Shown here: one piece after another, positions 59,079 to 64,000 of the stretch
Layout of the letters: every line of letters starts with the position of its first letter
Numbering within the stretch: the first letter of the stretch is position 1
Source of the DNA: Nitrospirota bacterium
Lineage (GTDB): Bacteria > Nitrospirota > Thermodesulfovibrionia > Thermodesulfovibrionales > Dissulfurispiraceae
DNA length: 64,000 nucleotides
Reading direction: 5' to 3'
Assembly (NCBI GenBank): GCA_040754455.1
Contig: JBFMCP010000007.1
Location: 1 to 64,000 of the forward strand
The notes under the pieces: generated by a model
Database searches by the model: none
Told to the model about the DNA's origin: nothing
What the model saw: the letters and a program-made list of their open reading frames with translations, nothing else
Made by a program: the position numbers and the translations under genes

Positions 59079-60200
59079 GTGCTCGAGCGCATCAAGCAGA
59101 TGGTCATCAAGGAGTTTATCCAGGTTCTCAGGGATAAAAGGATGAAGGCTATCGTTTTCGTGACGCCGATCATGCAACTGCTCCTCTTCGGCTATGCAGT
59201 CACGACCGACGTTAATAATATTTCGACGGCGTTGTACGATCTCGATAAATCCTATGAGAGCAGAGAGCTTGCACGAAGGCTCGAGGCATCCGGGTACTTT
59301 ACCATCACCTCTGCTCCCGGGTCTCCTGAAGCGGTCCGAGAACTGCTTGACAGGGGCAAGGTAATTGCTGCGCTGCAGATCAATAGAGGGTTTTCGAGCG
59401 ATATTAAAAAGGGCAGTACTGCAGAGGTGCAGATCATTGTTGACGGTACTGATTCAAACACCGCAACGGTCGCCATGGATTATGCCGGCAGGATCATTGC
59501 GCAGTACGCAAGGGAAATCGGAACACAGATCGGAAGGCAAAAAAGCACGCCACTGGCAAGGATTGATGTGCGGACACGGGCATGGTATAACCCTGACCTG
59601 AGGAGCAGGAATTATAACGTTCCGGGAGTTATCGCCATCATTATCATGCTTACCTGCCTGCTCCTTACGTCAATGGCGGTGGTGCGTGAGCGGGAGATCG
59701 GGACCATGGAGCAGCTGATGGTAACCCCGCTCAAACCTCTTGAGCTCATGCTGGGCAAGACCATCCCCTTTGCCGCCATAGGTTTCTTTGATATGTTCCT
59801 CGTGACCGCAGTGGGGGTGTTCTGGTTTGACATCCCGATAAAGGGATTCCTTCCACTTCTTGTAGGAAGCACTGCAATCTATCTCCTTTCGGTACTGGGT
59901 ATAGGACTTTTTATATCGACCATAGCAAAAACACAGCAGCAGGCGTTAATGGCGACCTTTCTCTTTTACCTTCCTGCTGTGCTGCTTTCCGGGTTCATGT
60001 TCCCCATTGCAAACATGCCGGTACTGATACAGTATATGACGTATGTTAATCCGCTCAGGTATTTTCTCGTCATCATACGGGGTGTTTTCCTCAAAGGCAT
60101 TGGTCTCGATATTCTCTGGCCGCAGATGGTAACGTTGTTCATATTAGGCGCTGCGGTTATAATACTCAGTTCGTTGAGATTCAGAAAGAGACTTGGATAG
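59079..60200 (+). CDS. ABC-2 exporter permease (YbhR-like)
   Basis: KEFIQVLRD, WYNPDL, REREIGTMEQL, NPLRYF. Confidence 0.92.
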   Translation: MLERIKQMVIKEFIQVLRDKRMKAIVFVTPIMQLLLFGYAVTTDVNNISTALYDLDKSYESRELARRLEASGYFTITSAPGSPEAVRELLDRGKVIAALQINRGFSSDIKKGSTAEVQIIVDGTDSNTATVAMDYAGRIIAQYAREIGTQIGRQKSTPLARIDVRTRAWYNPDLRSRNYNVPGVIAIIIMLTCLLLTSMAVVREREIGTMEQLMVTPLKPLELMLGKTIPFAAIGFFDMFLVTAVGVFWFDIPIKGFLPLLVGSTAIYLLSVLGIGLFISTIAKTQQQALMATFLFYLPAVLLSGFMFPIANMPVLIQYMTYVNPLRYFLVIIRGVFLKGIGLDILWPQMVTLFILGAAVIILSSLRFRKRLG

Positions 60201-60305
60201 CGTATGTCTCTGTAGAATCAGGAACCGTCACAATGGTCGATCTCAAGGGGGTGCGGGTATGTATTCTACATTCGGAAAACAAAGAGAATTTAACGGGTAG
60301 CTCTT

Positions 60306-60650
60306 ATGGTAAAGATTAAAAGGGTATACGATCCTGTTTCGAGGAATGACGGCAAAAGGATTCTCGTCGACAGGCTGTGGCCCAGGGGAATTAAAAAGGA
60401 AAACGCAGGAATCGATGAATGGCTTAAGGATATCGCACCCAGCGATGAATTGAGGAAATGGTTTTCTCACGACCTTTCAAAATGGGCTGAATTCAGACAG
60501 AAATACAAAAAAGAGCTGCAAAGTAAATCCGCATTAATAGAGAGGTTGCAGAGTGAGGCGAAGGGGAAGACAATTACCCTTCTATTTGCAGCAAAGGATG
60601 TTGAGCACAACAATGCTGTTGTACTTAAGGAGTTAATCGGGAGCAAATGA
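60306..60650 (+). CDS. DUF488 (YeaO-like) protein
   Basis: [38 protein letters not shown]. Confidence 0.92.
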   Translation: MVKIKRVYDPVSRNDGKRILVDRLWPRGIKKENAGIDEWLKDIAPSDELRKWFSHDLSKWAEFRQKYKKELQSKSALIERLQSEAKGKTITLLFAAKDVEHNNAVVLKELIGSK

Positions 60651-60703
60651 AACAGACTTAAAACTAACCCGAGCAAAGTAAAAGAACCTTAAGGAGGACT
60701 AAG

Positions 60704-61333
60704 ATGAAAACAAGGGTGGGGTTCGCAAGGTTAGTAACGGCGATTATTGTTTGTATAAGTATCTGGTTCGTTCCGGGTGTTGCCGATGCCCACTGCGATA
60801 CGCTCGATGGTCCGGTGATCATGACGGCCAAGGCGGCTCTTGAAAAAGGCGATGTCACTCCCGTGCTTAAATGGGTGAGGAAGGAGGACGAGCCAGCAAT
60901 CCGTGAGATGTTCAAAAAGACCCTCTCCGTAAGGAGCAAAGGCCCTGAAGCCAGAGAGCTTGCCGACAGGTATTTTTTCGAGACGCTGGTAAGAATTCAC
61001 CGGGCAGGAGAAGGCGCTCCGTATACAGGACTCCAGCCCGCGGGCTCACTAGAACCCTCGATTGCGGCGGCGGATAAGGCGCTCAAGGCCGGTTCAGCCG
61101 ACCACCTTGTAACAATGATCACCGATGCAGCAGCGAAGGGTATACGCGAGCGGTTTGCCCATGTTGTAGAAGCTAAAAAGCATGCCGAGGAGAGTGTCGA
61201 GGCAGGGCGGAAGTTCGTCGAGGCCTATGTCGATTACACCCACTACGTCGAACGGCTCCACAATGACGCGACGGCTCATCACGCGCACCACGGCGGTCCG
61301 AAAAAGACCGGTTCTGCAGAACATCATCATTAA
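60704..61333 (+). CDS. DUF6448-like exported protein with His-rich tail
   Basis: Signal peptide, then HCDTLDGPV; FFETLVRIHRAGEGAPYTGL; HHAHH..HHH. Confidence 0.85.
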   Translation: MKTRVGFARLVTAIIVCISIWFVPGVADAHCDTLDGPVIMTAKAALEKGDVTPVLKWVRKEDEPAIREMFKKTLSVRSKGPEARELADRYFFETLVRIHRAGEGAPYTGLQPAGSLEPSIAAADKALKAGSADHLVTMITDAAAKGIRERFAHVVEAKKHAEESVEAGRKFVEAYVDYTHYVERLHNDATAHHAHHGGPKKTGSAEHHH

Positions 61334-61337
61334 AAGA

Positions 61338-61682
61338 CTATGACCGTATCATGACCAGCATCATCTTGAATTTTGTGAGTGCCTTCAGCGCATGAGGCTG
61401 ATTGGCGGGCATGATAATCATGTCGCCGCTCTTGAGCTGATACGGCTTTTTCGCGATCGAAATTTCCACTTCCCCGTCAAGGACATGGACGAGCGCATCA
61501 AAGGGGGCGGTGTGCTCGCTGAGTCCCTGCCCCGCGTCAAAGGCGAAAAGGGTTACATTACCGGTATCTTTTTTGATGAGTTGTTTGCTTACGACCGACT
61601 GGTCCTGATACTGTACCGCGTCGTTCAGATGCACGACGCGGGGCTCTGCGGTCTCGACCTTTAAGTGACTATTGAATGCCAT
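61338..61682 (-). CDS. Cupin domain protein
   Basis: FAFDAGQGLSEHTAPFDA, MPANQPHAL. Confidence 0.92.
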   Translation of the reverse strand: MAFNSHLKVETAEPRVVHLNDAVQYQDQSVVSKQLIKKDTGNVTLFAFDAGQGLSEHTAPFDALVHVLDGEVEISIAKKPYQLKSGDMIIMPANQPHALKALTKFKMMLVMIRS

Positions 61683-61843
61683 GGTGTGCCTCCCGGAGTG
61701 CTTTTGCTTTACCTAAATACTATCCGACGGATGCAAGGAAATCAACGGGAACCTTGATAAAATGCTTTCTATTGGCTATCATTAAAAATAAATGCAATTC
61801 TCTGAAATTTAAAAAATTTTCAGAGGACCGAAGAGGAGGCCCC

Positions 61844-62068
61844 ATGATTACGAAGGAAAAGGTTGAGGATGTCTTGAATAAAGTCAGGACCGGTCTCGAA
61901 TCCGAGGGCGGCGATATTGAACTGGTCGATGTCAAAAATGATATAGTATATGTCAAGTTGAAGGGGGCATGCGGCACCTGTCCCATGTCGACGCTGACAT
62001 TAAAGAACTGGGTTGAAACCACGATGAAAAAGGAGATACCCGAAGTCAAAGCTGTTCAGGCCGTATAA
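61844..62068 (+). CDS. NifU C-terminal (Nfu) domain protein
   Basis: GGDIELV, GACGTCPMSTLTLK; RBS GAGGAGG. Confidence 0.92.
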   Translation: MITKEKVEDVLNKVRTGLESEGGDIELVDVKNDIVYVKLKGACGTCPMSTLTLKNWVETTMKKEIPEVKAVQAV

Positions 62069-62113
62069 TTGACGATGGATCAAATATGCGAGGAATATAA
62101 GAACAGGGAGGGA

Positions 62114-63424
62114 ATGGGGAGCGGGAATGCCCTTGTCTATCTCTGTTCCTTGTTGTTCGGCCTCTGTCTTCTCCTCCCTTATATAAGCGGCGCCGAGGAG
62201 CCTGTTGAAGTAAAGGGCCTGCGCCACTGGACAACAGATGATTCCACTAGGGTGGTGATTGACCTGTCGGGTCCGGTCGAGTTTACCAAGGATACGCTCT
62301 CCAATCCCGATCGGCTCTTTTTTGATCTCAAAAATGCAACGGTAGCGAAAGATTTGCAGAAGAGCTTCGAGATCAACGGCCAGATATTGAAATCAGTGAG
62401 GGTGGGACAATTCAATGCCACCACAGTACGGGCGGTTTTCGATCTCGAAACAAACACGTATGATTTCAAGGTGCTCAACCTCGAAGATCCTCCGCGGCTG
62501 GTCATTGATATATTGACCAAGAGGGCTCCCGGGAAAAAAAACGAGACAAAGCAGGACCCCAAATTCGTCCCGAAGCCGTCGCCGAAGATCGAGATGAAGC
62601 CCGGCATGAACACTGAGGCCCGCCTCATGCAGCGGAGGATTGTGATCGACCCGGGCCACGGGGGGCATGATCCCGGTGCGGTCGGGCCGAGCGGTCTCTA
62701 TGAAAAAGATGTGGTGCTCGATATTGCGATCAGAGCGCGGAGTATTCTCAAGAGAGAGTATCCTCACTACGAGGTGGTCCTTACTCGTGAAACCGATGTC
62801 TTTATCCCTCTTCCCAAGAGGGCGGCGCTGGCAAACAGAATGAATGCGGACTTCTTCCTCTCCATCCATGCCAACGCGAGCCCGAACAGACAGGCGAGGG
62901 GTATAGAGACCTATCTCCTCAACTGGACCAATGACGAACAGGCGCTGAGGGTTGCGGCACGGGAGAATGATATTTCTCTCAAGAAGATGAAAGAGGTACA
63001 GAGCGAATTGGGGGTTATCCTTGCCTCCCTGGAGCGTGAGAGCAAGAGGGACGATTCGGTCAAACTCGCCGGATTCATCCAGAAAGCCCTCGTATCCGAA
63101 ATGCGGCCGCACTATCCGCGGGTGCATGACCTCGGCGTCAAACAGGCGCTTTTTTATGTGCTCGTCGACGCCAAGATGCCCTCGGCCCTTGCCGAGGTCG
63201 CGTTCATAAGCAATCCTGAAGAAGAGCAGCTGCTCGCCGATGAAGCCTATCGCCAGCAGATCGCGCGCTCGCTGGTTTCAGGTATCAACGCCTATTTCAG
63301 TGCTGCCCCGCAGCCGCGTATGGCCTCCCGCGAACTCAGGGAAAAGGCGGCTTCACGCAAGGCCGCTCCCCTCTCGGAAGCGTACAAAGTAAAAAAGGTA
63401 ACGTATACGCGTAAAGTCAGGTAG
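62114..63424 (+). CDS. amiC: AMIN-domain N-acetylmuramoyl-L-alanine amidase; start uncertain
   Basis: AMIN domain (TRVVIDL, PPRLVID), IDPGHGGHDPGA, SIHANA, EVAFISN. Confidence 0.9.
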   Translation: MGSGNALVYLCSLLFGLCLLLPYISGAEEPVEVKGLRHWTTDDSTRVVIDLSGPVEFTKDTLSNPDRLFFDLKNATVAKDLQKSFEINGQILKSVRVGQFNATTVRAVFDLETNTYDFKVLNLEDPPRLVIDILTKRAPGKKNETKQDPKFVPKPSPKIEMKPGMNTEARLMQRRIVIDPGHGGHDPGAVGPSGLYEKDVVLDIAIRARSILKREYPHYEVVLTRETDVFIPLPKRAALANRMNADFFLSIHANASPNRQARGIETYLLNWTNDEQALRVAARENDISLKKMKEVQSELGVILASLERESKRDDSVKLAGFIQKALVSEMRPHYPRVHDLGVKQALFYVLVDAKMPSALAEVAFISNPEEEQLLADEAYRQQIARSLVSGINAYFSAAPQPRMASRELREKAASRKAAPLSEAYKVKKVTYTRKVR

Positions 63425-63428
63425 ATCA

Positions 63429-64000
63429 TTGCCCGCCGGTGTAAATCTTCTCTTATATTCTCTCTTTGCCGTAAGCCTGTTCCTCATAAAGGACCTGAAG
63501 GTACATCTTGTACTGTCCGCCGTGGTCGTATGCCTGCTCTTTCTTGTTCCTTTCAGGAAAATCAAAGGCGGTCTTGTACCGATCATGCTCTTCATGGTCA
63601 TTACCTTCACCAGCAATACGCTCTACGGGTCGGGAAAGGTGGTGTATACCCTGAGCTCACTGATCATAACGGATGAGGGGCTGCGGCTTGCCTCGGTCAG
63701 GACATTGCGCCTCTTCGATATGATTTTTGGTGCAAAGGTGCTCACGGCCGTAACCCCTCTGGAAGCCATGCTCGACGCACTGAAGAGAGCAGCCCGTCCC
63801 CTTGAGCGGATCGGGGTGCCGGTCCATGAGTTTTTCACTATCATGGTGCTTACCCTGCGGTGCTTCCCGGTGCTCAAACAGCGGCTCAACGATACGTACA
63901 AGGAGAATGTTGAAGGAAAGGCGGCAGTAACGATTATGGAGAAGACAAAATTGGTTGCTTCTTTTCTCGTGCCGCTCTTTGTCGAGAGTATGAGAAACCC
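63429..64000 (+). CDS. ecfT: Energy-coupling factor transporter T component (runs off the window)
   Basis: Open hydrophobic frame from TTG with ITDEGL, PLERIGVPVHEF and LTLRCFP; not in the ORF track because no stop is reached. Confidence 0.78.
   Translation, partial: MPAGVNLLLYSLFAVSLFLIKDLKVHLVLSAVVVCLLFLVPFRKIKGGLVPIMLFMVITFTSNTLYGSGKVVYTLSSLIITDEGLRLASVRTLRLFDMIFGAKVLTAVTPLEAMLDALKRAARPLERIGVPVHEFFTIMVLTLRCFPVLKQRLNDTYKENVEGKAAVTIMEKTKLVASFLVPLFVESMRN

Overview
Ordinary-looking chromosomal segment from an anaerobic Gram-negative bacterium. Gene content and order resemble Nitrospirota (Thermodesulfovibrionia-like) or Desulfobacterota; this taxonomy is inference only. From left to right: the 3' end and right terminal repeat of an IS1202/ISNCY-type element; an ino1 + phosphatidylinositol-phosphate synthase pair; DUF948/YtxH; tadA; a pseudo-receiver diguanylate cyclase; an HcpR-like Crp/Fnr stress module with a class II binding site; tupABC; XRE, receiver and FmdB genes; larB, gpsA, bioF; a dcw cluster (mraZ to ftsZ) with an inserted D,D-carboxypeptidase and no murB; a radical SAM gene; ridA, leuC, dacB; ilvC-psd-pssA-leuA; a 10-heme OTR-like cytochrome c; an HDAC-family gene; an AhpF-like disulfide reductase; a TetR-TolC-HlyD-ABC efflux operon; DUF488, DUF6448, cupin, NifU-like, amiC and a partial ecfT. 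The strongest unexplained signals are: (1) at least eight palindromic elements built from 7-nt degenerate tandem repeats, with several different repeat units, at operon junctions, plus related repeats inserted in frame in murE, murF and murD; (2) a probable unannotated selenoprotein (FmdB family, in-frame UGA followed by a SECIS-like hairpin); (3) two promoter-driven, ORF-less structured RNA candidates with the same 5' 9-mer. All calls come from reading the sequence; no searches were run. No rRNA, tRNA or CRISPR array was seen.
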